From: Alphaproteobacteria bacterium
Lineage (GTDB): Bacteria; Pseudomonadota; Alphaproteobacteria; GCA-2731375
Reading direction: 5' to 3'
Assembly: GCA_965232515.1 (NCBI GenBank)
Contig: CBDDPY010000002.1
Coordinates: 544,001 to 608,000 of the forward strand
Length of the DNA stretch: 64,000 nucleotides
Of this stretch, positions 16,943-28,282 are shown piece after piece. Positions within the stretch are counted from its first letter, which is position 1. Every line of letters begins with the position of its first letter. Position numbers and translations under genes: made by a program. Under the pieces are notes generated by a model. It was not told the origin of the DNA. It ran no database searches and saw nothing but the letters and a program-made list of their open reading frames with translations.

Positions 16943-18082
16943 CTATTCGGCGGCCCTGCGACCCCAGCCGAGCAGGCGGAAGACCATGGGCGCGAGCATG
17001 ATGATGAACAGGATACGGACGATATGCATGGTGGCGACGAAGGCCGTGTCGTAGTTCAAAGCGAGCGCCACCAGGCTCATTTCGGCCATGCCGCCGGGGG
17101 CCAAGGCCAGCAGTATGGCGGTACTACTGAAGCCGAGGTACGGCGCCGTCAGCTTGCTGACCACGATGGCGCCGACCAGCATCAGCAGTGCCGAACCTGC
17201 GGCGAACAGCATGGTGCGGCCGACCTCGCGGAACTTCAGTCCAACGAACCGCGCGCCCAGGCTGGCCCCAATCACGATCTGGGCGAGCGCCACCAACAGG
17301 GTCGGCGGCCGGCCCTCGATCAGCCCGCCGGCATAGGCTGCGGCGCAGACGAGCATCGGTCCGACCAGCCGCGCGCCGGGCAGCCGCAGCCAGGTCGCGG
17401 CCACCGAGCCGGAGGCCGCCAGCACCCCCAACAGGGCCAGCTCGCCCCAGGTGATCGGGTGACGATCGCCCTCCAGGTTGGCCATCGACGGCACATAAAA
17501 TCCCTCGATGTAGTTCAGGTACAGTGGCAGCATGAAAACCACGAGCAACACGCGAGTCGCATGCACGAGCGGGATCACCCGGGGATCGCCGCCTTCCTGT
17601 TCACCGATGATCGTCATCTCGCCGAGTCCGCCCGGCGTGGCGCAGAAGTAGCTGGTGATCCGATCGTAGCCGCCGATGCGAATGAAATAGGTCATGGCCA
17701 CCGCACCCATGGCGACGATGAAGACCAGCATCACGCCGAGACCGCCGGCCCATTGCGTGAGCCGGTCGGCAATGTCGGGCGTGAACGCGCTGCCAAGCAG
17801 GGCACCCAGGACGGCCAGCATGACGTTGCGTAGCGGCAGTGAGAAGGCGAGCGGCGCGCCGAACAGGGCGGCGAGCGTGGTCGCGGTCAGGGCGCCCAGC
17901 ATCCAGGCCAGCGGCAGATGAAAGTAGAAGAAGATGGCGCCGCCGACGGCGCCGATGGCGATCGTAATGCCGACGCCGCCGAGCGGCGTCTTCGCCGTGG
18001 CCGCGGTCAGTTGACGAAACGTCCGAACCGGACCGCCGTCTGACCCGGCACGAGGCGCCGCGATGGCATGATCAGGACGCAA
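16943..18082 (-). CDS. AbrB family membrane protein (putative ammonia monooxygenase-like family)
   Basis: Duplicated membrane halves with LPLAWMLG, PGGLGEM / PGGMAEM motifs; start uncertain. Confidence 0.88.
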   Translation of the reverse strand: MRPDHAIAAPRAGSDGGPVRTFRQLTAATAKTPLGGVGITIAIGAVGGAIFFYFHLPLAWMLGALTATTLAALFGAPLAFSLPLRNVMLAVLGALLGSAFTPDIADRLTQWAGGLGVMLVFIVAMGAVAMTYFIRIGGYDRITSYFCATPGGLGEMTIIGEQEGGDPRVIPLVHATRVLLVVFMLPLYLNYIEGFYVPSMANLEGDRHPITWGELALLGVLAASGSVAATWLRLPGARLVGPMLVCAAAYAGGLIEGRPPTLLVALAQIVIGASLGARFVGLKFREVGRTMLFAAGSALLMLVGAIVVSKLTAPYLGFSSTAILLALAPGGMAEMSLVALALNYDTAFVATMHIVRILFIIMLAPMVFRLLGWGRRAAE

Positions 18083-18954
18083 TCGTCATAGGGCGTGCGC
18101 ACCGGTTCGTCGCCGTCGTTGGCGATCACGGTGCCGGCCTCGGGGATGACTTCCAGACCTTGGAACTCCGTCAGGAACTTGAACGCGTCGGTTTGGATCG
18201 TGATCGGGCCACTGACCTCGATCAGACGCTGGGCCGGCGGCCGTTCGGCCGACAGATGTGGGGCGGCGAAGTCCGGCGTGATCGCGCCAAGATGCAGCAG
18301 GAAGCGAAGCGCGGTTTCGTTCGAGACCTCGACCGCGCTCGGATCCCAGTGCTGACCGCACTCGACCAGCAGAGAATTGCGCGGGCTCGACGGATCGCCG
18401 AAGCCGCCATAGTCGCGCATGCGCCGACCGGCGCTGTGACCTTCGTCGGCCACTACGGTCTCCGGCACGCCGACAGCGGTCGCCAGTTCCCGCCCCTTCT
18501 GCAGCGGACCGCACAGCATCAGCGGCGCGCAATTGAGCTGCATGGAATGGATATCGAGCAGGAAGTCGACCTCGTCGATCACGGGCCGCAGCTCGCGCGC
18601 CCGGCTCAGCTCGGCCGACTGCCGTTCACCGTCCAGCACGTCGACCGACCAGACCCGGTTCAGGTCTTCGTCGATGAAGCGCGACGCCGTCGGATTGTCC
18701 TTGTCGAAGCTTTCGTAGGCCGGCACGTTCGAAAAGCCGAGCGTCAGCACGCCCCGTTCGGGCTGTACTTCGTTTTCGAACAACAGGTTCAAGGTATAGG
18801 CGCCGCACAATTCGTTGCCGTGCGTCAAGGCCATCACCATGACATGTGGACCCGGCTTGCCGCTGTCGAACCGGTGCACATAGTCGACGCCGGTATTTCC
18901 GACCTTGTAAGCGGAAATGTCGATCGGCATCAGATTGACGGGGGGATGAGACAT
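18007..18954 (-). CDS. Succinylglutamate desuccinylase/aspartoacylase (M14) family hydrolase
   Basis: THGNELCG, DLNRVW, LLDIHSM, LVECGQH. Confidence 0.9.
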   Translation of the reverse strand: MSHPPVNLMPIDISAYKVGNTGVDYVHRFDSGKPGPHVMVMALTHGNELCGAYTLNLLFENEVQPERGVLTLGFSNVPAYESFDKDNPTASRFIDEDLNRVWSVDVLDGERQSAELSRARELRPVIDEVDFLLDIHSMQLNCAPLMLCGPLQKGRELATAVGVPETVVADEGHSAGRRMRDYGGFGDPSSPRNSLLVECGQHWDPSAVEVSNETALRFLLHLGAITPDFAAPHLSAERPPAQRLIEVSGPITIQTDAFKFLTEFQGLEVIPEAGTVIANDGDEPVRTPYDDCVLIMPSRRLVPGQTAVRFGRFVN

Positions 18955-20180
18955 CACAGCTTTTGATAATCGATTGGTTGGTTTCGGTCCAGGGCTTTAC
19001 CCGCCTCCGGCATGGGGTACTTCAGTCCGGTGGCGCAGTTGAACAGGACGACGCGTTCGCCGGATTTGACCCGGCCGTCGGCGATGGCCTGTTTATAGGC
19101 GGCGTAGGTGGCGGCGCCTTCCGGGCATAAAAGCACGCCGGATTTGAACGCCGCCTCCTGGCGGGCGGCCAATGTGTCCTCGTCGTCGACGGCGATGGCG
19201 AAGCCGCCCGACTCTCGCACCGCGCGCAGGATCAGGAAGTCGCCGATGGCGACCGGCACGCGGATGCCGGCGGCGATGGTGGTGGCGTTCTCCCACAGCT
19301 CGGCATGTTCGGCGTCTTCCAGATAGGCGCGGACGATGGGGGCGCAGCCGGCGGCCTGCACCGCGATCATCTTCGGCCGCTTGCTGTCGATCCAGCCCAA
19401 CGCTTCAAGCTCGTCGAACGCCTTCCACATGCCGATCATGCCGGTGCCGCCGCCGGTCGGATAGAAGATCGCGTCCGGCAGCTCCCAGTCGAACTGCTCG
19501 GCGATCTCGAGCCCCATGGTCTTCTTGCCCTCGATGCGATAGGGCTCCTTCAAGGTCGAGACGTCGAACCAGCCCATCGTCTCCTTGCCGTCGGCGACGA
19601 TCTTGCCGCAGTCGTTGATCAGGCCGTTGACCCGATAGACCTTGGCGCCCTGGAGCGCGATCTCGCGCACGTTGATCTCGGGCGTATCCTCGGGGCAGAA
19701 CACGAAGGCCTCGATACCGGCGGCCCGGCAATAGGCGGCAAGGGCGGCGCCGGCGTTGCCGTTGGTCGGCATGGCCATGCGTCTGACGCCCAGTTCCTTC
19801 GCCATCGACACCGCCATGCACAGGCCGCGCGCCTTGAACGAGCCCGTCGGCAGCCGGCCCTCGTCCTTGATCCAGACGCCGTTGCCCAGCATCGGCGTCG
19901 GAACCAGCGGCGTCATGCATTCGCCCAGGCTGACGATGTTTTCGAGATCGCGAACCGGCAGGAACTCGCGATAGCGCCAAAGGTCCGGTGGGCGGGACTG
20001 CAACGTTCCGGGTCCAACCGCTTTGGCCAGGCCGGCGAGGTCATAGCGGACGAGCAGCGGTTTGCCGGCCGGCGACAGGCCGTGCAGTTCATCTGCCGGC
20101 ACCTTTTCGCCGGTCAGGCCGCATTCCAGGTGTGTGACGAAAGTCGGTCGATCGTCGGCGACGTTCAGCCATGTGTGCAT
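18954..20180 (-). CDS. Threonine synthase-like PLP enzyme
   Basis: LWRYREFLPV, SLGECMTPL, KDEGRLPTGSFKARG, TNGNAG, PYRIEGKKTMG, YPTGGGTG. Confidence 0.9.
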   Translation of the reverse strand: MHTWLNVADDRPTFVTHLECGLTGEKVPADELHGLSPAGKPLLVRYDLAGLAKAVGPGTLQSRPPDLWRYREFLPVRDLENIVSLGECMTPLVPTPMLGNGVWIKDEGRLPTGSFKARGLCMAVSMAKELGVRRMAMPTNGNAGAALAAYCRAAGIEAFVFCPEDTPEINVREIALQGAKVYRVNGLINDCGKIVADGKETMGWFDVSTLKEPYRIEGKKTMGLEIAEQFDWELPDAIFYPTGGGTGMIGMWKAFDELEALGWIDSKRPKMIAVQAAGCAPIVRAYLEDAEHAELWENATTIAAGIRVPVAIGDFLILRAVRESGGFAIAVDDEDTLAARQEAAFKSGVLLCPEGAATYAAYKQAIADGRVKSGERVVLFNCATGLKYPMPEAGKALDRNQPIDYQKL

Positions 20181-20232
20181 GGCGGCGCATTCTGCAATAT
20201 GCGCCGACGGCCGCCAAGCGGCATGCGCCGGG

Positions 20233-21696
20233 TCAGGCGGTAATCGGAAATACGCCGGGCGGTACGTTGCGGTAGGGCAAGGTGCTGAGGTCGGCCGGGC
20301 CCCAGTCCGGCGTTTCGGCGATGATGATTCGATCCGCCAGGTCTTCATAGACGGCGCGGAAGTGGGTTTTCGAACGCAGCACGATAATGTCGAAGTCGTT
20401 TGGATCCAGATCGAACTGAATGAACGGGTCGGCGTCGATGGCTGAAAGCTGGTTGCTGGTCAGGATGACGGTGATGCCGTTCGAGTCGATCACGGCCGCG
20501 TCGCCGAGATCGACGGGCACGCCTCGGCGCATGGGACCGGTGCCGATATAGCGCTTTGGACCGGCGAAGCGCACAGGCCCCTGCAACAGCACGGGATCGC
20601 CTGCCTGCGCCGACGATCTGCCGCCGACCGCCGTGGCGACATGCGTGCCGACGCCGGCGTTGATGGCGGAGCGGACCGCCACCGGATCCCACAGGTAAGG
20701 TACCGCGACTTTTTTCAAGCCGCGTCTCACGCACTCGCGCAGGACATGCGTCGAGTCATTCATACGGTCGGCATGTTCCAGAATGACGACGGGTTTGTTG
20801 CTGTTCGCGGCATGGGCGACGGCGGCGTCCACCGCCTTCGGCACCGTCAGCAGCAGTTCCTTCTTGTAGAGTTCGTGCTTCCGGTCGGCGATCTGGCGTG
20901 CGAGGTCATCGGCGACACGGTTCGCCAGCAACTCATCGCCATCGGTTATGGCAATGATGCTGCAACCGATGCAGTTGACGTCGGCATAGGCAAAGCCGGT
21001 GAACACCGAGACGTCCAGCACGCCGGGCTGCGTTTCCCACGCCCGGGCCGCGGCCATGATGTCGCAAAGCGGCGACAGGCTGGTGGCGGTGAAAATACTG
21101 GGCAGGACGATGCCCGGTTTGCGCATGGCCATGACCGGGTTCGCTTCGCCCTTCAGCTTGGCGATCAGAAGTCGGGCCGCGCGTTCGCCGGTCCTGTCCA
21201 TATCGACGTGCGGGCTGTGGTGGTAGCCGCAGACGATGTCCGCAAGCGGCAGCAGGGTGGCAGAGAGGTTACCATGCAGGTCGAGCGCGACGGCGATCGG
21301 AAAGTCTGGTCCGACGGTTTCGCGCAGCGCCTGGAGAAAGGCGGTTTCGGGGTCCTGCCGCAGGCGGGTCGCCATGGCGCCGTGCAGATGCAATAGCAGG
21401 CCATCGGGGCGTCCGCTGGCGTCTTCAAGTCCGCCGCGTATGGCGTCGAGATAGGTTTGGAATGCCGCCTCGCTGACCGGCCCGGACGGCGCGCACTCGG
21501 CGTACAGCAGCCCGGTCATCTCGACACCCTCGCGTTCGCAGGCGGCGATAAAGCCACCGGCCACGGCCTTGCTGCCGCTGTAGATGTCGATAACGTCGCT
21601 GCCGCGATGCGCGGTCAGGTTGAAATCTTCCAGCGTGGTCTCGGTGGGCAGAAACGTGACCGTTTCGTGCGCAAAGCCCGCCAGTGCCAGCCGCAT
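20233..21696 (-). CDS. M81 (MlrC) family metallopeptidase
   Basis: AGFAHETVTF, LHLHGAM, LDLHGN, YHHSPHVDM, LRSKTHFRA. Confidence 0.9.
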   Translation of the reverse strand: MRLALAGFAHETVTFLPTETTLEDFNLTAHRGSDVIDIYSGSKAVAGGFIAACEREGVEMTGLLYAECAPSGPVSEAAFQTYLDAIRGGLEDASGRPDGLLLHLHGAMATRLRQDPETAFLQALRETVGPDFPIAVALDLHGNLSATLLPLADIVCGYHHSPHVDMDRTGERAARLLIAKLKGEANPVMAMRKPGIVLPSIFTATSLSPLCDIMAAARAWETQPGVLDVSVFTGFAYADVNCIGCSIIAITDGDELLANRVADDLARQIADRKHELYKKELLLTVPKAVDAAVAHAANSNKPVVILEHADRMNDSTHVLRECVRRGLKKVAVPYLWDPVAVRSAINAGVGTHVATAVGGRSSAQAGDPVLLQGPVRFAGPKRYIGTGPMRRGVPVDLGDAAVIDSNGITVILTSNQLSAIDADPFIQFDLDPNDFDIIVLRSKTHFRAVYEDLADRIIIAETPDWGPADLSTLPYRNVPPGVFPITA

Positions 21697-21839
21697 GTCG
21701 TTTTCCGCTTGCCAGATTGCCGCCGCCAGCTTTATTGCACGGGCGGGCGATTTCCGTCATGGTTTTCCGCAAGCCCCGTCGGTCAACGAACCGACGGAAT
21801 CGACAAGAGAACAGGTAATACAGCAGGGAGTAGGTTGGC

Positions 21840-23423
21840 ATGTTCCACCGAAAGAAACTGACGGCGCTGGCCCTGGCCGCGACGTTGGCGCTGCCGATGG
21901 CGGCGCAAGCGCAGGATCTGACCATCGCGCTGGCCTCCGAGCCGTCGTCGATCGATCCGCATTTCCACAATCTGGGGCCGAACAACGCCGTCGCGCGGGT
22001 CATGTTCGACCGGCTGATCATGCCCGATCACAAGCAGCAGCTTCTGCCGGGGCTGGCGGTGTCGTGGAAGGCCGTCGACGACCTGACCTGGGAATTCAAG
22101 CTGCGCCAAGGCGTGACGTTCCATGACGGTTCGCCATTCACGGCCGACGACGTTGTGTTCACCTTCGAGCGGGCGCCGGATGTCGAGGGCAGCCCCTCGA
22201 GCTTCGGCACCTATCTGAAGGGCAAGACGATCACCAAGATCGATGACTTCACAGTCCAGATCAAAACCGAGCGGCCCTATCCGTTGATGCCGAACGATAT
22301 GTCGACCTTCAGCATCATCTCGAAGAAGCATGGCACCGGCGCCAAGACCGAGGATTACAATTCGGGCAAAGCCACGATCGGTACCGGCGCCTTCAAGTTC
22401 GTCGAATACGTGCCGGGCGACCGCATCGTCATCGAGCGCAACGACGACTATTGGGGCGAGAAGCCGCAGTGGAACCGGGTAACGCTGAAAGCGATCAAAT
22501 CGGGCCCGTCGCGCGTGGCGGCGTTGCTGGCCGGCGATGTCGACCTGATCGAAGGCGTGCCGACAACCGATATCTCGGTGCTGAAGAAAAACGCCGATGT
22601 GACGCTCAGCCAGGGCATCTCGAACCGGGTCATCTACCTGCATCTGGACCACGACCGTGACAGTTCGCCGTTCGTGAAGTCGAACGACGGCGGCGAGATC
22701 AAGAACCCGCTGAAGGACGTGCGCGTCCGGCAAGCGATCTCGAAGGCGATCAGCCGCGATCTGATTGTCGAGCGGGTGATGGAGAACGTGGCGATCAAGG
22801 CCGGCCAGCTGCTGCCCGAAGGCTTCTTTGGTGTCAGCGACAAGCTGGAGCCGGTGGCCTACGATCCCGACGGGGCCAAGAAGCTGCTGGCCGACGCAGG
22901 CTATGCAGACGGCTTCCGCCTGACCATCCACGGGCCGAACGACCGCTACATCAACGACGCCAAGATCGCCGAGGCGGTGGCGCAGATGCTGACGCGCATC
23001 GGCCTCAAGACCGAGGTCGTAACCATGCCGCGGAGCGTCTACTTCAAGCGCGCCTCGCGCGGCGGCCCGGACGGCACGCCGGAGTTCAGCTTCATCCTCG
23101 TCGGCTGGGGCTCGGGCACGGGCGAGGCCTCGTCGCCGCTGAAGTCATTGCTCCACACCTACGACAAGTCGAAGGGCTATGGCGCCTCGAACCGGGGCCG
23201 TTACTCCAACCCCGAGGTCGACAAGCTGATCGAGGATGCGCTGGCGACGGTGGACGACGCCAAGCGTCAGGATCTGCTGGCCAAGGCCACCGAAGTGGCG
23301 ATCAACGACGTCGGCATCATCCCCTTGCACTACCAGGTAAACACCTGGGCGGCGCGCAAGGGGCTGAAATACCGGGCGCGCACGGACGAGGCGACTGTCG
23401 CCACCGACGTGATCCCGGAATAA
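21840..23423 (+). CDS. Peptide/nickel ABC transporter substrate-binding protein (family 5)
   Basis: Signal peptide; PGLAVSW, LRQGVTFHDGSPFTADDV, IGTGAFK, DVRVRQAIS. Confidence 0.95.
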   Translation: MFHRKKLTALALAATLALPMAAQAQDLTIALASEPSSIDPHFHNLGPNNAVARVMFDRLIMPDHKQQLLPGLAVSWKAVDDLTWEFKLRQGVTFHDGSPFTADDVVFTFERAPDVEGSPSSFGTYLKGKTITKIDDFTVQIKTERPYPLMPNDMSTFSIISKKHGTGAKTEDYNSGKATIGTGAFKFVEYVPGDRIVIERNDDYWGEKPQWNRVTLKAIKSGPSRVAALLAGDVDLIEGVPTTDISVLKKNADVTLSQGISNRVIYLHLDHDRDSSPFVKSNDGGEIKNPLKDVRVRQAISKAISRDLIVERVMENVAIKAGQLLPEGFFGVSDKLEPVAYDPDGAKKLLADAGYADGFRLTIHGPNDRYINDAKIAEAVAQMLTRIGLKTEVVTMPRSVYFKRASRGGPDGTPEFSFILVGWGSGTGEASSPLKSLLHTYDKSKGYGASNRGRYSNPEVDKLIEDALATVDDAKRQDLLAKATEVAINDVGIIPLHYQVNTWAARKGLKYRARTDEATVATDVIPE

Positions 23424-23431
23424 GGCCAAAA

Positions 23432-23464
23432 TCGGGGCGGGTTTCTGACAGGGACCCGCCCCGA
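23432..23464 (+). terminator. Intercistronic hairpin after the binding-protein gene
   Basis: tcggggcgggt...acccgccccga stem followed by acctttt. Confidence 0.55.
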
Positions 23465-23487
23465 ACCTTTTCGGACCGGATGCATAG

Positions 23488-24465
23488 ATGACCGCCTTCG
23501 TTATACGGCGGCTGCTGCAAAGCATAGTCGTCGTGTTCGCGATGTCGCTGCTGGTGTTCTTCGGCGTCAACGTCATCGGCGATCCCGTCGACATGTTGAT
23601 CAATCCGGAAGCCGACCAGGAGGACATCGAGGCGGCGATCCGGGCGCTGGGCCTCGACCGGCCGATCCACGAGCAATACTGGTATTTTCTGCTGAATGCC
23701 CTGCAGGGTGATCTCGGCAAATCGTTCATCTTCAACGAGCCGGCGCTGAAGCTGATCCTGCAGCGCATGCCAGCGACGTTGGAGCTGGCCTTCGTGTCCC
23801 TGCTGATGTCGGTGGTGATCGGTATTCCGCTTGGCGTTTACGCCGGCTTGCGGCCGGAAACGCGCGCCAGCAAGACCATCATGGCGGGGTCGATCTTCGG
23901 CTTCAGTCTGCCGACCTTCTGGGTCGGCCTGATGTTCATCATGCTGTTCGCGGTCTATCTGGGTTGGCTGCCGTCGACCGGGCGTGGCGATACCCGAGAG
24001 CTGTTCGGCATCGAGGTCAGTTTCCTGACCTGGGACGGATTGAAGCATCTGTTCCTGCCGGCGCTGAACCTGGCGCTGACGAATATCTCACTGGTCATCC
24101 GGCTGTCGCGCGCCGGCACGCGCGAGGTCGTGCATCAGGATTACATCAAGTTCGCACTGGCCAAGGGTCTGCCGCGCCGACGCGTGGTGATGGTGCATTT
24201 GATGAAGAACATCATGATTCCTGTCGTGACCGTGACCGGTCTGGAGTTCGGCGGCCTGATCGCTTTTTCGGTCGTGACGGAAACGATCTTCGCCTGGCCG
24301 GGCATGGGCAAGCTGATCATCGATTCCATCCTGCTGCTCGACCGGCCTGTGGTGGTGGCCTACCTGATGATCACGGTGATGATGTTCGTGGTCATCAATC
24401 TGGTGGTCGACGTGCTCTATTCGGTGCTCGATCCACGCGTACGTCTGCAGGACGTGAAGGGATGA
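23488..24465 (+). CDS. Peptide ABC transporter permease (DppB/OppB type)
   Basis: IRRLLQ, LGLDRP, GDLGKS, PATLELA, QDYIKFALAKGL, ETIFAWPGMG, LDPRVR. Confidence 0.95.
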   Translation: MTAFVIRRLLQSIVVVFAMSLLVFFGVNVIGDPVDMLINPEADQEDIEAAIRALGLDRPIHEQYWYFLLNALQGDLGKSFIFNEPALKLILQRMPATLELAFVSLLMSVVIGIPLGVYAGLRPETRASKTIMAGSIFGFSLPTFWVGLMFIMLFAVYLGWLPSTGRGDTRELFGIEVSFLTWDGLKHLFLPALNLALTNISLVIRLSRAGTREVVHQDYIKFALAKGLPRRRVVMVHLMKNIMIPVVTVTGLEFGGLIAFSVVTETIFAWPGMGKLIIDSILLLDRPVVVAYLMITVMMFVVINLVVDVLYSVLDPRVRLQDVKG

Positions 24466-25406
24466 CGGACGCCGCCCACGATAAGGCGACGGTGATCGCG
24501 GCCGAGGCGGTCGAGCCGGCCCTGGAACGGGTCGAAACGCCGTTCCGCCGGTTCCTGGCCGACTTCTTCGCCAGCAAGGTCGCGACCGTCGCCTTCGTAC
24601 TGCTCTGCGGGATCATCTTTATCGCGGTGTTCGCGCCCTGGATCTCGCCGACCGATCCCTACGACCTGGCGACAGTCAGCGTGATGGACGCCCGCCTGCC
24701 GCCGGGGGCGCAAACCTTCGATGGCGCCACCACCTTCTGGCTCGGCACAGACGGCTCCGGCCGGGACATGGTGAGCGCGATCTTCTACGGCCTGCGCACC
24801 AGCCTCAGCGTCGGTGTGATGAGCGGCATCATCGCGCTGTTGTTGGGCACGAGCGTCGGCCTGACGGCGGCCTATTTTGGCGGCCGGGTCGACGCCGTGA
24901 TTATGCGGGTCGTCGATCTGCAGCTCAGCTTTCCGGCGATCCTGGTAGCGCTCGTTCTGCTGGCCGTGGTCGGGCAGGGGGTCGACAAGATCATCGTCGC
25001 GTTGGTCGTCGTGCAGTGGGCCTACTATGCGCGGACTGTGCGCGGCAGCGCGCTGGTCGAGCGCTCGAAGGAATATGTCGAAGCCGCCACCTGCCTGGCA
25101 TTGAGCCATCGACGCATCGTCTTCCGCCACATGCTGCCGAACTGCCTGCCGCCGCTGATCGTCGTCGGCACCGTACAGACGGCGTCGGCCATCGCGCTTG
25201 AGGCGACGCTGAGCTTCCTCGGCGTCGGCCTGCCGCAGACCGAGCCGTCGCTCGGCCTGCTGATCGCGAACGGCTTCGATTACATGCTGAGCCTGAAATA
25301 CTGGATCAGCTTCTATCCCGGCCTGGCGCTCTTGCTGACCATCATCGCGATCAACCTGGTGGGCGATCAGCTGCGCGACGTGCTGAACCCGCGGCTGCAG
25401 AAATAG
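24462..25406 (+). CDS. Peptide ABC transporter permease (DppC/OppC type)
   Basis: ATGA overlap; LGTDGSGRD, EYVEAA, RHMLPN, LSFLGVG, GDQLRDVLNPR. Confidence 0.95.
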   Translation: MTDAAHDKATVIAAEAVEPALERVETPFRRFLADFFASKVATVAFVLLCGIIFIAVFAPWISPTDPYDLATVSVMDARLPPGAQTFDGATTFWLGTDGSGRDMVSAIFYGLRTSLSVGVMSGIIALLLGTSVGLTAAYFGGRVDAVIMRVVDLQLSFPAILVALVLLAVVGQGVDKIIVALVVVQWAYYARTVRGSALVERSKEYVEAATCLALSHRRIVFRHMLPNCLPPLIVVGTVQTASAIALEATLSFLGVGLPQTEPSLGLLIANGFDYMLSLKYWISFYPGLALLLTIIAINLVGDQLRDVLNPRLQK

Positions 25407-25416
25407 GCGGAACGAC

Positions 25417-26402
25417 GTGACGGCCGATACACCAACGCTCGATGTCCGGGGACTGAAGACCCACTTCTTTACCAAGTTGGGCGTGGTCAAGGCCGTCGAC
25501 GGCATCGACTTCACCGTCAGAAGCGGCGAGATCATGGGCCTGGTCGGCGAGTCCGGGTCCGGCAAGTCGGTGACCGGGTTTTCCGTGATCGGCCTGGTCG
25601 ACCCGCCCGGCCGGGTCGCCGGCGGCGAAATCCGCTTTGACGGCGAGGATCTGGTGCAGGCGAACGAGGAGCGCTTGCGGCAGCTGCGCGGCAATCGCGT
25701 CGCCATGATCTTCCAGGATCCGATGATGACGCTCAATCCGGTGTTGCGTATCGACACGCAGATGATCGAGACCGTGCAGGCGCATAACGACGTCGACCGC
25801 GAGACGGCGCGACAGCGGGCGCGCGACGCGCTCGGACAGGTGGGCATCCCGTCGCCAGACGAGCGCCTGCAGGCCTATCCGCACCAGTTCTCGGGCGGCA
25901 TGCGGCAGCGTGTGGCCATCGCCATCGCGCTGATCAACAAGCCGGAGCTGATCATCGCCGACGAGCCGACGACCGCGCTCGACGTCACCATCCAGGGGCA
26001 GATCCTCTACGAGGTACAGAAGCTCTGCCGTGAGACCGGCACGGCGCTGATCTGGATCACGCACGATCTCGCCGTCGTCGCCGGTCTCGCCGACCGCGTC
26101 TGCGTCATGTATGCCGGCCGCATTGTCGAGAAGGGCGGCGTCGACGACGTGCTGGATCATCCGACGCATCCCTATACGCGCGGCCTGATCGGCTCGGTGC
26201 CGAGCCACAATCAGCGCGGCCGGCGGCTGACGCAGATCCCCGGCATGACGCCGTCGCTGTTGAACCTGCAGCCGGGCTGCGCGTTCCGCGCCCGCTGTCC
26301 GCGCGCCGACGAGGCTTGCATGGCCGAACCCGGGATTTCCGAACCCTTAGCGGGCCGCGAGGTCCGTTGCTTCCATCCCCATGTCGAGGAGGTCGCGGCC
26401 TG

Positions 26403-26403
<1 letters not shown>
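25417..26403 (+). CDS. Peptide ABC transporter ATP-binding protein (DppD/OppD type)
   Basis: GESGSGKS Walker [27 protein letters not shown]. Confidence 0.95.
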
Positions 26404-27404
<1,001 letters not shown>

Positions 27405-27407
27405 GGC

Positions 27408-28271
27408 ATGGTCGAAGCGCTGCATATCGAGGGTGTCCTGCGCCGCGTCGCGCCGGACCGTCGGCCGCTGCCGGTCGTGTTGGATTCACCGCATAGCGGC
27501 AAGCACTATCCGGACGATCACGGCGCGGCCGTGCCGGCGTCCGTGATGCAGGGCGGCGAGGACGTCTATGTCGACGAGCTGTTCGGCGAAGCCCCGCGCC
27601 ACGGCGCCGTATTCCTGTATGCGCTGTTCGCGCGCACCTATATCGATCCCAATCGGGACGAGGCGGACATCGACACATCTCTGCTGGCCGATGAATGGAC
27701 GGGGCCGATCAATACCACCTTCAAGCAGGAGCTGGGCAAGTCGCTGATCTGGCGGCTGACGGCGAACAGCCGGCCGATTTACGACCGCAAGCTGCCGGCC
27801 TCGGAGGTAAAGGCGCGCATCGAGCGCTATTGGCGGCCCTATCACGACGCTCTGGACGAGGCGCTCGACAGCCTGCATGGACAATACGGCGCGGTCTGGC
27901 ACATCAACTGCCATTCCATGCATTCGATCGCCGGCCGTAACCAGGTCGATTACGGGCAGCGGCGGCCAGATTTCACGATCAGCGACCGGCTGGGCAAGAC
28001 CTGCGAGCCCGAATTCATGGCCGTCGTCGTCGATTGCCTTAGCGACAAGGGCTACGACGTGCGCGTCAACGATCCCTATCAGGGCGCCGAGATCGTCCGC
28101 CGTTACGGCCGGCCCGACGAACAGCGGCACAGTCTGCAGATTGAGATCAACCGCGCGCTTTATGTTGAGGAGCGCAGCCAGCGGAAGCATGACGGCTTTG
28201 AAAAACTGCGCGCGGATCTCGGCGATCTCGTCGCGGCGGTTTGCGATTTCGCCAGGTCCCGCGTAGCCTAA
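27408..28271 (+). CDS. N-formylglutamate amidohydrolase family protein
   Basis: VLDSPHSG, ED.YVDELF, RTYIDPNR, YWRPYH, INCHSM, NDPYQG, HSLQIEINRALY. Confidence 0.9.
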   Translation: MVEALHIEGVLRRVAPDRRPLPVVLDSPHSGKHYPDDHGAAVPASVMQGGEDVYVDELFGEAPRHGAVFLYALFARTYIDPNRDEADIDTSLLADEWTGPINTTFKQELGKSLIWRLTANSRPIYDRKLPASEVKARIERYWRPYHDALDEALDSLHGQYGAVWHINCHSMHSIAGRNQVDYGQRRPDFTISDRLGKTCEPEFMAVVVDCLSDKGYDVRVNDPYQGAEIVRRYGRPDEQRHSLQIEINRALYVEERSQRKHDGFEKLRADLGDLVAAVCDFARSRVA

Positions 28272-28282
28272 CGGCACAAATC

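Noticed and set aside
16943-18082. AbrB transition-state DNA-binding regulator or true ammonia monooxygenase
   Set aside because: Sequence is the polytopic membrane AbrB family; neither function is supported.
20233-21696. Microcystin degradation
   Set aside because: MlrC-family peptidases are widespread and no mlrA, mlrB or mlrD is present.
27408-28271. Histidine utilisation (hutG)
   Set aside because: No other hut genes nearby; only the family is supported.
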